Shown piece after piece: positions 25,403-37,238 of a stretch of 44,763 bases of DNA. The position numbers and the translations under genes are program-made. The DNA is from Conidiobolus incongruus B7586 (Eukaryota), in contig JNEM01013511.1 in NCBI GenBank assembly GCA_000697335.1, positions 1 through 44,763 of the forward strand, given 5' to 3'. Under the pieces are notes generated by a model. That model was not told where the DNA came from. It did no database searches and saw nothing but the letters and a program-made list of their open reading frames with translations. The stretch's first letter is position 1; each line of letters starts with the position of its first letter.

Positions 25403-26702
25403 TAATATTTGCCAATTGAATTAATTTGGATTACTAAATTATTTTTCTATCTATTGACAAGATAAATTGATATTAACATTTATTATATCCCTCAATTTTA
25501 AATATTAAAAGCCAAAAGTTAATATATTTTATTTTCTAAGGTAATTATCAAAATATAAGTTTAATATTTATTTTAAATGTCTGAAATACAGTGTTCCCTC
25601 AATAATTCAAAATTGTAATTTATGACATAAATATAAAATTTGAATAGAATATTGAAGCAAAGATATTTTAATCCAGGTTTAATAAATGTTTTATTTTCAG
25701 ATGTTGGCAATAACTTGAAAATATTTTATTTCAGTATATCATAAAAATTCTATTATAATGTTGATATTAATACTCGTTTCGAGAATATATTTGCTTAATA
25801 ATATTTAAATATATTCAATAAATTTGCTGTGTTTCATTTGAATCATTCAGAAAATATTTTGTTATATGAACACAAATTATAATTCAAAGTAAAACAAATC
25901 TAAAATATGTATATTTCTAATTCTGGGTAAAATTTATTATGGTTTAATTATTGATGCTTAAAAGAAAATTATAAGATAAAGGGATTTTGATAATTTTATA
26001 TATGTGGTTTTTAATAGATATATTATCCTTTTATTGTAATAGGGAGTTCAAAAGTACAATGTTAAGCTATCCACCATATTCTATTTCATAATAGTATTTT
26101 GAAAATATATTGTTCAATAGTTCACTTTAACAAGGTCTATATACATCTGACTAAATCAGATATTTATTTAACCTAATCTATTAATTTACATTTATCAAAT
26201 GTTAAAACTTAGTCTAAAATATTGTTTATGAAATATATTAATATGTTAAATTACTAAGGTGTAATGTTGAATTATTATCAAATAAAGAAAAATTTTCCAT
26301 TGACATCGTCAAGATTCACTAGTATAACAAATAAGCAACTAAATTAAGATCAATAAAGTTATCAAGAATCTAGAGATAAAAGACCGAAGAATAAGCAGTT
26401 GAAATTTGAGAATTCAATAAAAGATAAAGATATAGTTGATTTTAATTGAGAAAAAGAATAAATTTGTATATTTGTCAATTTGGGGCTATATTAAACTGAT
26501 TTGTCTTTAAGTACCAAATTAGACTGTTATCCAATCATATTAAGATAAGATATAAATATTATTAAAGTGAAAGTGTGATTTCTGAAAATAGAGTTGACAA
26601 ATAAAAGAGTGTGAGTTGTTGGGAATATGATATCAAAAGATGAATGAATTAACAAGTGGTAACCAGAATGAATGATATGAAATGACTATTTTAATAAGTT
26701 AA

Positions 26703-28196
26703 TTAAATAAACATAGCAGCGATGGCGGTGGCTGCAGCGAGTGAAGCGAAGGAGGGAAGTAAGTATTGGCCGTTGCTAGAACCAGAGGCTTTCTTTGAAA
26801 GGTCGGCGGTCTTAGACAAACATTTGTTCTCATCCTTTTCGGTGGGATTTTTGATTTGGCCAACGCTATCTTTAGTACAGGCATCCTTGTTGTTCTTGGA
26901 CTTGACGTACATGGAGTTCAAAGCGTAACTGAGTTGAGTTGCGGGATCACAGAATGACAAGTCACCATATTCACCTTTTTCACCATCGGCAGCTAAACGA
27001 GTACAGTCTACACCACCTTCACCACAGGCATATTTGAATTTACTTGCGACGTCGTTCTTTTCATCAGTGACATTAAAGGACTTGGAAACAATACAGCTGT
27101 AAGTGTCCATCAAACATTTACAGGCATCTTCAGAGGGAGGTGGGGGGAGTTTGTCGGCGACTTTCCAGTTAGCGCCGGAAGCAGGGCATTGGGTACCAGC
27201 AGCGTTGGAAGGTGAGAATTTATCCTTAGTGGCAAGCTTAGGGCTGATCTTGCTAAGTTGTTCCTTATAGTTGTCAAAATCTGGTAATTTTTCGAATTTA
27301 TCGCCATCAACTTTAGTTAAACCATATTTGTTGTCTTCTTCAGTAAATTCGTAAACTAAACCACCAGAAAAGACATTGCTCATGGGTTCAGAGTATAAGG
27401 CTTGGACATCAGTAAATTTACGAGGCCTAACTTCGTTACAGCCGTATTCGGAGAAGAAGACGGGAATACCGTAGTTCTCAAACATCTTGGTCTTCTCATC
27501 ATACTTAGATTCCTTCATATTGGAATCACCACACCATGAATAGATGTTATAACCGAAAAAATCAATGCGTGATTCTTCAGGTCCACAGTTGAAATAATTT
27601 ACAATATTTTCAATAAGCTTGGGATGATCGCTGGTAGCGTAACCGATAGGAATATATCTGGATTGAGCCTTCATGTGGGCCTTCATATCACGGATAGAGG
27701 CCTTGACGAAGGGGTTGGAATCAGTGTTATCGGGATCATCGTTGACTTCATTACCGCCGATGAAGGCCAAAGTATTGTCATATTTGGCAAAAGCATCAGC
27801 TTTTTCCATAAAGGCTTTGAGAATGGTAGTATCATATTTAGGATCCTTACGGTTGATAGATGTCTTGGGATTGGATAAATCCAAAATCAAATAAATACCA
27901 GCATCAGCTAACATCTTCATGCCTTGGTCGTGATCAAGATGGGGATAAGCTTCGTATACACGGATAGTATTGATACCCAATTCTTTGAATAATTTAATAG
28001 CGTTAGCTAATTGACTGGTGTTAGCAATGGGATCTTGTTTTCCAGAGCCACCAGGTTGGTAAGCAACACCCTTGATGACAAATTCTTCACCGGTTTTTGA
28101 GTTGAACCATTTTTGACCTTTGATTTCAATAGGGTCAATACCATAAACAAGAGAAACAGATAACAAAGAGAGTATGCTGAAAAGTTTGGGAAGCAT
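26703..28196 (-). CDS. GH72 beta-1,3-glucanosyltransferase with X8 domain and GPI signal, copy 4 (497 aa)
   Basis: Same motifs; variant FIGGNEVNDDPDN and GYATSDH segments; shortest linker. Confidence 0.96.
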   Translation of the reverse strand: MLPKLFSILSLLSVSLVYGIDPIEIKGQKWFNSKTGEEFVIKGVAYQPGGSGKQDPIANTSQLANAIKLFKELGINTIRVYEAYPHLDHDQGMKMLADAGIYLILDLSNPKTSINRKDPKYDTTILKAFMEKADAFAKYDNTLAFIGGNEVNDDPDNTDSNPFVKASIRDMKAHMKAQSRYIPIGYATSDHPKLIENIVNYFNCGPEESRIDFFGYNIYSWCGDSNMKESKYDEKTKMFENYGIPVFFSEYGCNEVRPRKFTDVQALYSEPMSNVFSGGLVYEFTEEDNKYGLTKVDGDKFEKLPDFDNYKEQLSKISPKLATKDKFSPSNAAGTQCPASGANWKVADKLPPPPSEDACKCLMDTYSCIVSKSFNVTDEKNDVASKFKYACGEGGVDCTRLAADGEKGEYGDLSFCDPATQLSYALNSMYVKSKNNKDACTKDSVGQIKNPTEKDENKCLSKTADLSKKASGSSNGQYLLPSFASLAAATAIAAMFI

Positions 28197-28324
28197 GATG
28201 AATATATCTTATATGGGGTCAATTAGAGATACTAGATATAATAGAAATAAAATTTTTATATAAAAATGATTAAAACCAAAATCGAACTTCAAAAAATTTA
28301 ATCTATTTTACTGGATAAAAACTC

Positions 28325-28332
28325 AATTTATA
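28325..28332 (-). promoter_or_regulatory. Putative TATA box of GH72 copy 4
   Basis: TATAAATTGAGT...CCAGTA, 129-136 bp upstream of the ATG. Confidence 0.5.
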
Positions 28333-29951
28333 TCAATTTCAGCATCTCACAAGTTGTTTGGCATGAATCTAAATTTAAAAAATTGAATTAATATTATACT
28401 TACATCCATCCAATCAAGTTATTTTATAAATTAAAAACTTTATAAATTTTTACTCTTTCTCCCACGTTATTGGATTTAATCTTTAATTAACACTCTTAGT
28501 TTTTTATTAAAAATATTATGATTTTTATTTAATGACAGATTATATTGGTTAAAGTCAAAGTATAATATGATTTGGTAATCAATAATAATAGTTGGCTATA
28601 TCACAGAAACTTTGGTTAAATCTATAAATTTAAGTATAGATCTTTTGCCAAGGGTTAGGTAGATAATAATTGGTATGTATATAATGGGCTGAAATATAAT
28701 TTTTTAATTTATTTAGTAATTACATAAAATAACAATAGGTAAATTTATCCAATGACTGTATTTATGAATAAAAAGATTTCACATAGTATATGTTAAACAA
28801 TATATATAATTTATTTATCCAATGCTTAGCTTATTCTATAATAACAATTTTCTACTAACGTCAAAATAGCTTTTTTTCCCTCAATTGACAAAAATTATAT
28901 ATATCAGATAATTATGCTGAAACAATATTGTAATATATGCAAAATATGATATTTTTTTATGAAATCATGAAATTATATAGCTTTGAAATAACATGCTAAT
29001 AAAATTAAGATGAACTTTAGTTAAAATATATAATTTATCTGGTAATCCCCATAAAATATACCATTATTATCGAATATATGTAAAATAAACATATGTTTAA
29101 GGATTAAACATCATGTTAATTAAAATGTCGAAACCAATCCAATCTGAATCAAATTTCATATTAGTATAAGAATCCCATGATATTACCACAAACTTCAAAT
29201 TTTATTTATAGATACCCAAAAATATAACTGTGACAGGAAAAAAACTTGAATTTTCTCATGCAATTAAATTCTTAGCATCGCACTTTCCTAAATTAGTAGA
29301 TATTGGAAGTTATAAATAAAGAGAGTAATTGTAGTTTTTTGACTTAAAATTTAAAATTTTTAGATATGGTTTGGTGAGAACAAGATTGACAATTTGCCAT
29401 TTGGCATCTTTAAAAATAGTGGGCGAAGAGGATTAATATGCTACGGAATTTAGTACAACTTTCAATTTTGATTAAAATTGAAATCAAAATTCTTAATATT
29501 AGCGAACAGTATGATCTTAAATAGGTATACAACACCATCATAATTTGCTATCGAATTTAAAATAATTTAATAAAAATATATAATTATTTGATATAATATA
29601 AACATTGATAGTGAAATAAATGATATATTTTATTTGAGAATATCAATGTAAATATGATCATTCAAATTAAAATGAAAAATAAATATAACCTTGTAAATAT
29701 TTAAATGAAACTGTTGTTTTTATAAATAATAGGATTAATTTTCTTGATTTTATTTTTTATAGTTATTCACTTAAGAAAGCTATGATGACAATAAAAAAGT
29801 TTGCTTTTTCATAAATTTTGAAAATACATAGAACAAATTATAAATTTCATCCCATAATTCAAATATTGGATATTTGAAATTTATTAATATTTAATTGGGG
29901 ACTTGAATTTAGAAATTTTTAAAAATTAAAATTAAATATATTATTTAAGAG

Positions 29952-30827
29952 ATGGAAAATTATAATTTAACAATTATTCAAGAACTAATTATAAATAAAA
30001 AGATTGAAGATTTAATTCAAATTGGTGAAGAATTAGAGCTAGAAGTAATTTATTCAATTGTGTTTTAATCTGCTATTATTAAATGAGTATTTATAGCTGG
30101 CTTTTAACCAAGTGAACGATATTACAAGCCAACATATCTATACTTGGATGTTAGGTTGCTATTTGATTAAATTTCAATGGTATTACTTATATATAGTATA
30201 TACATCTATATCTTTATTAATCACCATATTTAGCGAAAATATTAAATATTTAATAAAGAGAATTCCCATTCAATACCAAGAAGAAAAAGATATTCAACAA
30301 CTGATTCAATTGAGTAGAAAGTTATGGAATAAAAAATATTTTGAAATTCCTGAATTTATTAAAACCATTCAATTGAACGGACCTTATGATACATTGTTAA
30401 ATTATTTTATCGGTAGGTTTTTAGAAAATATAATATAGTGCATTTACTAATATTCAATCATTTAGAAGCTTACGAATTAAAAATCAATAGATTAATTCAA
30501 TCTAGTTATAATCAAATTCAATTGGCTAAAGTTGCTAACTTTTGGGGAACCGATTTAGAAACTGCTAAACAAAGTAGATTTTTGAAATATATTATAATAT
30601 TATATTGTTTATTTATTTCATTTTCTAGAAGTAAACAAACTAGGATGGAAATTAGATGAAACTGAACAATTTGCAATTCCTAAACCTATTGGTATTTTCA
30701 ATAATATATACTATTTAATATTTCTTTGCTGATATATATACCTTTAGATTATAAAACTGAAAATCAAATTAATATTCAAGAATTTGAATCTATTGCAAAT
30801 CTCGCAATTTCTCTGCAGTATAGTTAA
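29952..30827 (+). CDS. CSN8: COP9 signalosome subunit 8-like PCI protein; exons 29952-30044, 30097-30179, 30234-30412, 30466-30573, 30629-30691, 30748-30827 (201 aa)
   Basis: Five GT-AG introns of 52-56 nt splice to an open 606-nt CDS: MENYN...GEELELELAF...MLGCYLI...IKYLIKRIP...KLWNKKY...LIQSSYNQI...FWG...KLGWKLD...IPKP...AISLQYS*. The ELELE, KRIP, W, SY and GW pattern and the length fit the CSN8/PSD8/EIF3K family, best matching CSN8 from recall. Confidence 0.8.
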
Positions 30828-33033
30828 TATACTGGGGTGATATTCTTATTATATTTAACTGCATTGTTTTTAATTGAAATATTTAATCTTCTATTATATT
30901 TTTTATATTATTATTTTCTAATCAATTCTTGTGTATATGAATCTATATTTATTCGAATCAGTCATTTAATTTTGCATTCTATTTTGTTCTTTCATTCTAT
31001 CATCACTATCGCTATTTCTTAAATTCCTAAAAAATTTCACTAATGTTAAGCTTGAACATGGTATATATGCTCCAATTAAATTATAATTTGCATTCAAAGT
31101 TTATATTATTTTGTTCAGATGATTAATTATATTCAATTAACTAATGCAACCATATCCAAGGTATCAATATATATTTTCATTATAATTATTAGGCTTATTG
31201 GCTTAGGAATTGATACCTGCCATCTCAATTTTTACATAATATGACTAAGATATTTAATTTGCTTCCATTAATCAATATTATGAGTTTAATGAGTTTTATT
31301 GAAGAAATAGTGTTACTTAGTATGTCGTTATATTTTTATATATGATAGTTTGATGTATATAACCTATCAAATATTATGTTTATATTAAATAATTATTTAA
31401 ACTGCCATCAATTTTATTTACAAAAATTTACACCAAGATTTTTTTTAATATCTTAATAAAAATCGCTTCTTACTTAAATTCATTGAATTGTCCATGTACA
31501 CATTTATATTTTACAGTCATTGTAATAACACTTTCAAGCTTTAAATATTGAAATTTGTGACAATTTGAGTACTAAATGAAATAATCCTCCTTTTTTAGAA
31601 AAATTAAAGTTTTGAAACTTAATTGTTCAGTTGAAAACTTCTCTAATTAAACTTAAAGAAAATTTGAAACTTGATTAATATAGTATTTCCTTCATTAACA
31701 AACAATGTCGAAAGTTACTTGGAATTGAGTATAGATATTATTGGGATATACTGTATATAATATTGAGCAATATTAATAAATAAATAATAGTTTAAATTTA
31801 GTCTTTGATATTATATTTGATAACGAATAATTTGATATTTTTACTCACAATTCTAAAATTAGAAATTATCCAAATAGGTAGTTTGGTTTCAAATATGAGA
31901 TAAAAATGCCCATTATCCAAAACATTCCTCAAAATTCAAATTAAAGGATTCATCATGGAAATTAATGATATGATTATTAATTGTTTATTGGATAAATTAA
32001 GCCTTTTTAATTTAATCACATTTTTTAATTAATATTAGTGTTAAGGAGAGGATTACTTATATTATCAATATGTATGCGTTTCCTTAAAATTAGTGTTATG
32101 GAGATTAAAAAGGGGAGAGTGATTGTCAATGAATTGATTTTTAAATCATATTTTGATTTGAAATGAATCGTGGAATTGCTAGTTAATAATCCAAAGGTTT
32201 AACAATACATTAAAAATAACTTGTATCTTAACCAATCAATAAACCATGTAAGTTGATAAATATTGTTGTGTTATTAACAGTTTTTTCACATTTTACATTA
32301 TTAATTATGTTTAAATTTATATTTCGGACAAATCATATTGACAATACATTTTGGGTTGCTTAAGTTTGGTATTTTATTAAATCATTAATGTTAATATCTG
32401 ATATTTTGGATAATTAAAATCGTTGATTGATATATTGTTCACATTTTAAATATGATGTTAAATACTAATAATAAACGTTATCATGATCAACAAATTAGAA
32501 AGCTTCAAACTATAAAATATGAACAAGTGATGCGAGATCAGCTTTGTAATTAATAAATTTTATAGTTCTTGTTGGTTACAAAGTGTGGTACTAGTGGGAA
32601 AATAATAAAGTTTAAACTGGATAAAAATTCCAAATTTTTTTAATGCATAATAAAATTTTCTCTCTATCTTTAAATCAATTATTAAATCTCAATTAAATTC
32701 TCATCTCTTCTTCCTGATAATAAGTTTTTTTTTGAAATACTTCATTAGTAAAAATTAATCAATTCAAAACTAAACAGTTCTTCAAGAGCATTTTGGTTTT
32801 AGGGTATTTACTGCATTGATAAAGAATCTTATACAGATTTTGTATTATTAATTTATTTATTATAATATTTACTGGAAAGAATTTGGATAATTGACACTGT
32901 ATATTGACGCAGCACTTTTATCTAAATCGATCATTCTAGCCTTCTTCACTTGTATTTTACATTATAATTACTAACTTCTCACTTTTTTCATATAACATTA
33001 CTTATATATATCATTTCATAAAAATTGATTAAA

Positions 33034-36000
33034 ATGACTATATCACGGAATATTGTTCTCTTATTATATCTTTTGAGTAAATCTCAAGCGAATGATAGTT
33101 CACCTTTAGGAAATCCCATTAAGCCAATACAGAGAGCTTTTCACACAGCGGTTGGTATAAATGATATGATGATAGTGTTTGGAGGAATAACGGATAACAA
33201 AACAGATAACCCTTTACAAGCTACAGCTATCAACGAGCTGATAGTGTTTGATATCAATAAGAAGCAGTGGTATAAGCCTACTACAACTGGCGATGTGCCT
33301 GCTATGAAATTTCATTCTGCAACAAATCTTCCTAATTCTTCCTTTATGTACGTGTATAATTCAAATCCAACTGGACCATCTATTTATTTTTTGGATTCAA
33401 ACAATTGGAGCTGGTCGTCGTTCAGAAACAATACAAGTAGTCATTCAACGGGAATGATAGGCGCTACCATCAATGGAGTCAGTTACAAAGATAAAAAATC
33501 AGGTCAGGATAAGCAATCCTTGATCATCTATGGTGGACAGTCTCAAAACTCGAACGGTCAATCCAGCTTTTCCGCGGGGTCTTCAATTTATGATTTTTAT
33601 TTAATAAATTCCCAACAACCTGATGAGAATCCAAGTGGGGAGGCATTTAGCTTTCATGCATCTTGTGCATTTCCAAAATATAACATGCTGATCACCTTTG
33701 GAGGTGTTAATACACAAGGTAAAATAACCAATACGTTAAATCAGCTCAGCTACAATGTACCCCAGCCATACCTTAATAAGCCCGTCGAAAACAATCCTGC
33801 ACCAAGGAAGTCTGCGACTTTAACCTGCGTTGACGGAAAGGGGATTATGTGGGGCGGTGCTAAAGAAAACTGGCAAGGTATAGGTGATCAGGGCTTTGAG
33901 TTAAATATGATAGTGAATTCAGCGGATGACTCAGTGGTAAAATCTTATTGGAGAACTCTTGAGTTTAAGAACGCTGGTGATGCTCCTTCTTCCAGGATCG
34001 GCCACTCTGCGGTTGCATTTGGAGACAAGATCTATATATATGGAGGTATTTTGGATAGTGGTAACTCTGATCCTTCCACTGTATATATCCTAGACACTAC
34101 GAATTATAGTTGGAGCAAAATTACTCCAAAATCCTCCGGCTCATCATCAGATGACTCTGGTTCATCCAATTCCAGCAAGAATCCTACAACCAGCACCACT
34201 GTCATTGTAACCTCTGTTCTAGTTTCGGTCTTTGGTATTATTGCCATGGCGGTATGCCTTGCATTCGGTCTCAGACGCTGGCGAAAGAAGAAGGGTCAAA
34301 ACCGCCAAATTATTCCGAATGACTTCTCAAGTCCAGATGACGAGGAACCCAAGCGCATGTCAGCAATACCACCTGGTTTCCCTCCATCCGCTACCTCTTC
34401 GGGACTTCCTCTGACACATATGAACCCGTCATCTACATTATCTCCCTCTTATTATCGATCTAGTGGCCACATCTCAATGGAGTCAGATCTCTCTGATCAA
34501 ATACCATTTGAATCTGGGTCCCCTACCCTTCCTCAAACTCTGGCCATCAATCCTATCTCCCCAGTAAACCACAATGTCCAAATGATGTCCAGGTCAACTA
34601 ACCTCCATCAGAATCTCAGGGCAATCCCTACACACGTCGACCAACAACCCACTCAAGCCGATTACTTCAGTCCCCTTGAGCAGATTGCAAGACTTCAACA
34701 CGATATGTCATCTATCTCTACACCAGAAACCCCTAGATGGCCCGTGGAAAATAACACTGACCTTTTTGAGCAATCTGTTACTGGTCGTCGATCCTTTAGA
34801 GATAACTTGAGCTCCACCTTGGATTCAGAGCATATTGTTCATGAAACTTTTTCATATCCAATGTCTGAAACAACTCTTTTCTCACAAAGGCGTTCTGTCG
34901 TCATGACCTCGCCTCTACTCTCTCCTAACTCTCCTCTCTACAATCTTCTGAGCAAGAAGTATACAATCATGAATTACTCATTACCCATGGATCGTGAATT
35001 TGGATTTCATCAGCCTATATCAGTATCTGCAATCAACCCTGCTACGCTCTTGCCAGTCACTATTTGGATCTATAATTCGCCCATTCCCTTTGAAAACGAC
35101 TTGGAAATCATTCAACATCTCGAAGGTCCATTTGTCTTGAACCTTGTTGATCAGTTCACTCTCAAGCCTACTCCCAACTCTAGTTACTACATCATTGTTC
35201 AGGAGCGCAGTCACGTCACGTTGGCTGAAGCACTGGTCTCTCTTACCCAGCCTTTATCAGACATTGAAGTCAGGTCAATCTGTCAGCAAATTGTTGAATG
35301 TCTCAGTTACTGCCACTCTAAGGGCTATATCGTTGGTGATTTGAAGCCTAGTAGATTCTCTTTCGTGTGTCATGACAATCAACCCATCAGACTAGTACTT
35401 AACTCTATTGAGGGCTGTGTTTCTTTCAACACTGAATTGGATAGACCCTCTCTTCCAAGACATTGCTCTCCTGAGCTTGCCAAAACATATCCTCTTTCAA
35501 GCTCTGAAATTGCATTGGCTCATCCCAGTATGGATATGTGGGCTTTAGGTTGTCTTTTATATGAACTCTACACTTGTCAGCCTTTATTTGATCCAACATT
35601 ATCGCCTGACCAGCTTATTGAGTTCTTGAGTCAACCCGAATCCCCCAGCTTCACCCTTTCGAATGGTGTCAAGTGGGCTCAAGGTGGTGAAGGTCTCAGA
35701 TGGCCTCAAAATGCATCGCTCAAAGGCGAAGCTAACGAGATTCTCGAATGTTTATTAGCATCTCAGCCAGAATCTCGTCTTTCAGCTTTAGATCTCCTCG
35801 AAACAGAATTTTTGCAATCGCTTAATCGTGTAGATTATAATAGTGCTCAAGGCAGTTTGAGTGTTCTGGGATCTCCAGCATTGCCTTTGCAAGCTTTTGA
35901 ATGTAAATTCGGTCCTACTTTGAGAATGAGTGTTTTACAGTTGAGACAGCAGTTAACATCGACTTGCGAGGTGCATATCCCGAGATTACCCGTAATTACC

Positions 36001-36630
36001 CTTGGTCCTGAAGCTGGCGACAATTGGGAGAATCCAAGATCTTGGAGCAGTAATACATTCGTTCTCCATTTCCTCTGTGAGCACGATGATATGCTTCATT
36101 TCACCCAACACCCAGGCTATCCCATCATCCACCCCAAGAAATTCTTCAGAAGATCCGGTGTCTTTCTATCTATCACATCTAAACTTATTTCGCTATATCT
36201 TGTCCCTGAAATGTACGACCTGTACAATACGACGTTACCAGCAATGCAAACCATCTTACGCCACTATCCTACTGAGCACCACGTCTTCTTCGACAAATTT
36301 GCTAATAGTCTCGTTGCATTTTGTCGTTCCGAATGTATCCCTGAATTACGTAGCTCTGCTGAACAACTCGCTCACCTCCCGGAAGAGTTTGAGCCTTTGA
36401 GCAGCAAACCATGGTCCCTCTGGGTCAATTTATCCCGCCAAGTGATTTCCATCTCCCGCTACCAAGGTCTTAAATCTATCCAAGAGTTACTGGGATTGGA
36501 ATGGAATCATCAATGCCAAGAAATTGGCCATCTGCACTACGAACTCACTAGACCTTCCAGTATCCTTGAAGTAGGAAATGCCCTAAGTTCTAGATGGAGA
36601 GGTTGGAAATGTGACAAGCATTCCAATTAA
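33034..36630 (+). CDS. Single-pass membrane protein: signal peptide, Kelch repeats, Ser-rich stalk, TM helix, degenerate protein-kinase domain and Cys/His C-terminal domain (~1198 aa)
   Basis: ATG at 33034 (the ORF track uses TTG 33025). Kelch blades RAFHTAV...VFGG, FHASC...TFGG, RIGHSAVAFGDKIYIYGG. TM VIVTSVLVSVFGIIAMAVCLAFGL followed by RRWRKKK (34201-34293). Kinase C-lobe motifs YCHSKGYIVGDLKP, HCSPE, DMWALGCLLYEL and RLSALDLL. Confidence 0.88.
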   Translation: MTISRNIVLLLYLLSKSQANDSSPLGNPIKPIQRAFHTAVGINDMMIVFGGITDNKTDNPLQATAINELIVFDINKKQWYKPTTTGDVPAMKFHSATNLPNSSFMYVYNSNPTGPSIYFLDSNNWSWSSFRNNTSSHSTGMIGATINGVSYKDKKSGQDKQSLIIYGGQSQNSNGQSSFSAGSSIYDFYLINSQQPDENPSGEAFSFHASCAFPKYNMLITFGGVNTQGKITNTLNQLSYNVPQPYLNKPVENNPAPRKSATLTCVDGKGIMWGGAKENWQGIGDQGFELNMIVNSADDSVVKSYWRTLEFKNAGDAPSSRIGHSAVAFGDKIYIYGGILDSGNSDPSTVYILDTTNYSWSKITPKSSGSSSDDSGSSNSSKNPTTSTTVIVTSVLVSVFGIIAMAVCLAFGLRRWRKKKGQNRQIIPNDFSSPDDEEPKRMSAIPPGFPPSATSSGLPLTHMNPSSTLSPSYYRSSGHISMESDLSDQIPFESGSPTLPQTLAINPISPVNHNVQMMSRSTNLHQNLRAIPTHVDQQPTQADYFSPLEQIARLQHDMSSISTPETPRWPVENNTDLFEQSVTGRRSFRDNLSSTLDSEHIVHETFSYPMSETTLFSQRRSVVMTSPLLSPNSPLYNLLSKKYTIMNYSLPMDREFGFHQPISVSAINPATLLPVTIWIYNSPIPFENDLEIIQHLEGPFVLNLVDQFTLKPTPNSSYYIIVQERSHVTLAEALVSLTQPLSDIEVRSICQQIVECLSYCHSKGYIVGDLKPSRFSFVCHDNQPIRLVLNSIEGCVSFNTELDRPSLPRHCSPELAKTYPLSSSEIALAHPSMDMWALGCLLYELYTCQPLFDPTLSPDQLIEFLSQPESPSFTLSNGVKWAQGGEGLRWPQNASLKGEANEILECLLASQPESRLSALDLLETEFLQSLNRVDYNSAQGSLSVLGSPALPLQAFECKFGPTLRMSVLQLRQQLTSTCEVHIPRLPVITLGPEAGDNWENPRSWSSNTFVLHFLCEHDDMLHFTQHPGYPIIHPKKFFRRSGVFLSITSKLISLYLVPEMYDLYNTTLPAMQTILRHYPTEHHVFFDKFANSLVAFCRSECIPELRSSAEQLAHLPEEFEPLSSKPWSLWVNLSRQVISISRYQGLKSIQELLGLEWNHQCQEIGHLHYELTRPSSILEVGNALSSRWRGWKCDKHSN

Positions 36631-37238
36631 AATTTTTTACTAACTTAGCATCATCTATCATTAATTATTTATCATTCATCATTCTTTAATTAATATTTAA
36701 AAATAATAAAAATTTGGTTTTTATTTAATTTTAGTTTGAGTTTTAGCAAACCATTTTTATTATCTTTGATAACCTAACTATTCATTTAAATAGCTAATAC
36801 TTAAGTCATTCTACAATAAATTCCTGTTCAACTCAATGAATTGAATATATATTTTGTTGATTTTTTTGTTTGATATTGGTTTTTATCCAAGTCATAACAG
36901 GAAGAGCAATTAATAGTGTATCTATTGGTTATATTAATATATATTATATATCAATAAATTTCAATTATTATTAATTTCTAAATTGTAAATCAAATGTTGG
37001 TAGAATTCAATAATATATTTGTTTATAATAATTATAAATACATATTATAGCTATTATTTTTTATAACTTAGTGATAATAATATTTAATACTTTATAGATA
37101 TTTTGAATATTAAGATTATATTAAATATTTTTTTAATATTAATTTAAAATAATTATTTTAAATAGAAATATAATATTAAATACTAAATGATTTACACAGT
37201 TAATAGGTATATCACATGCTAAAATAGGTAAATTATTA

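Noticed and set aside
8884..28222. Short ORFs overlapping GH72 genes on the antisense strand or in alternate frames (e.g. 9857-10126, 16597-16866, 20316-20585, 27624-27878)
   Set aside because: They recur only because the host genes are near-identical; shadow ORFs with no independent motifs.
30112..30659. ORF-track proteins of 108 and 73 aa
   Set aside because: They are exon plus intron read-through pieces of the spliced CSN8-like gene.
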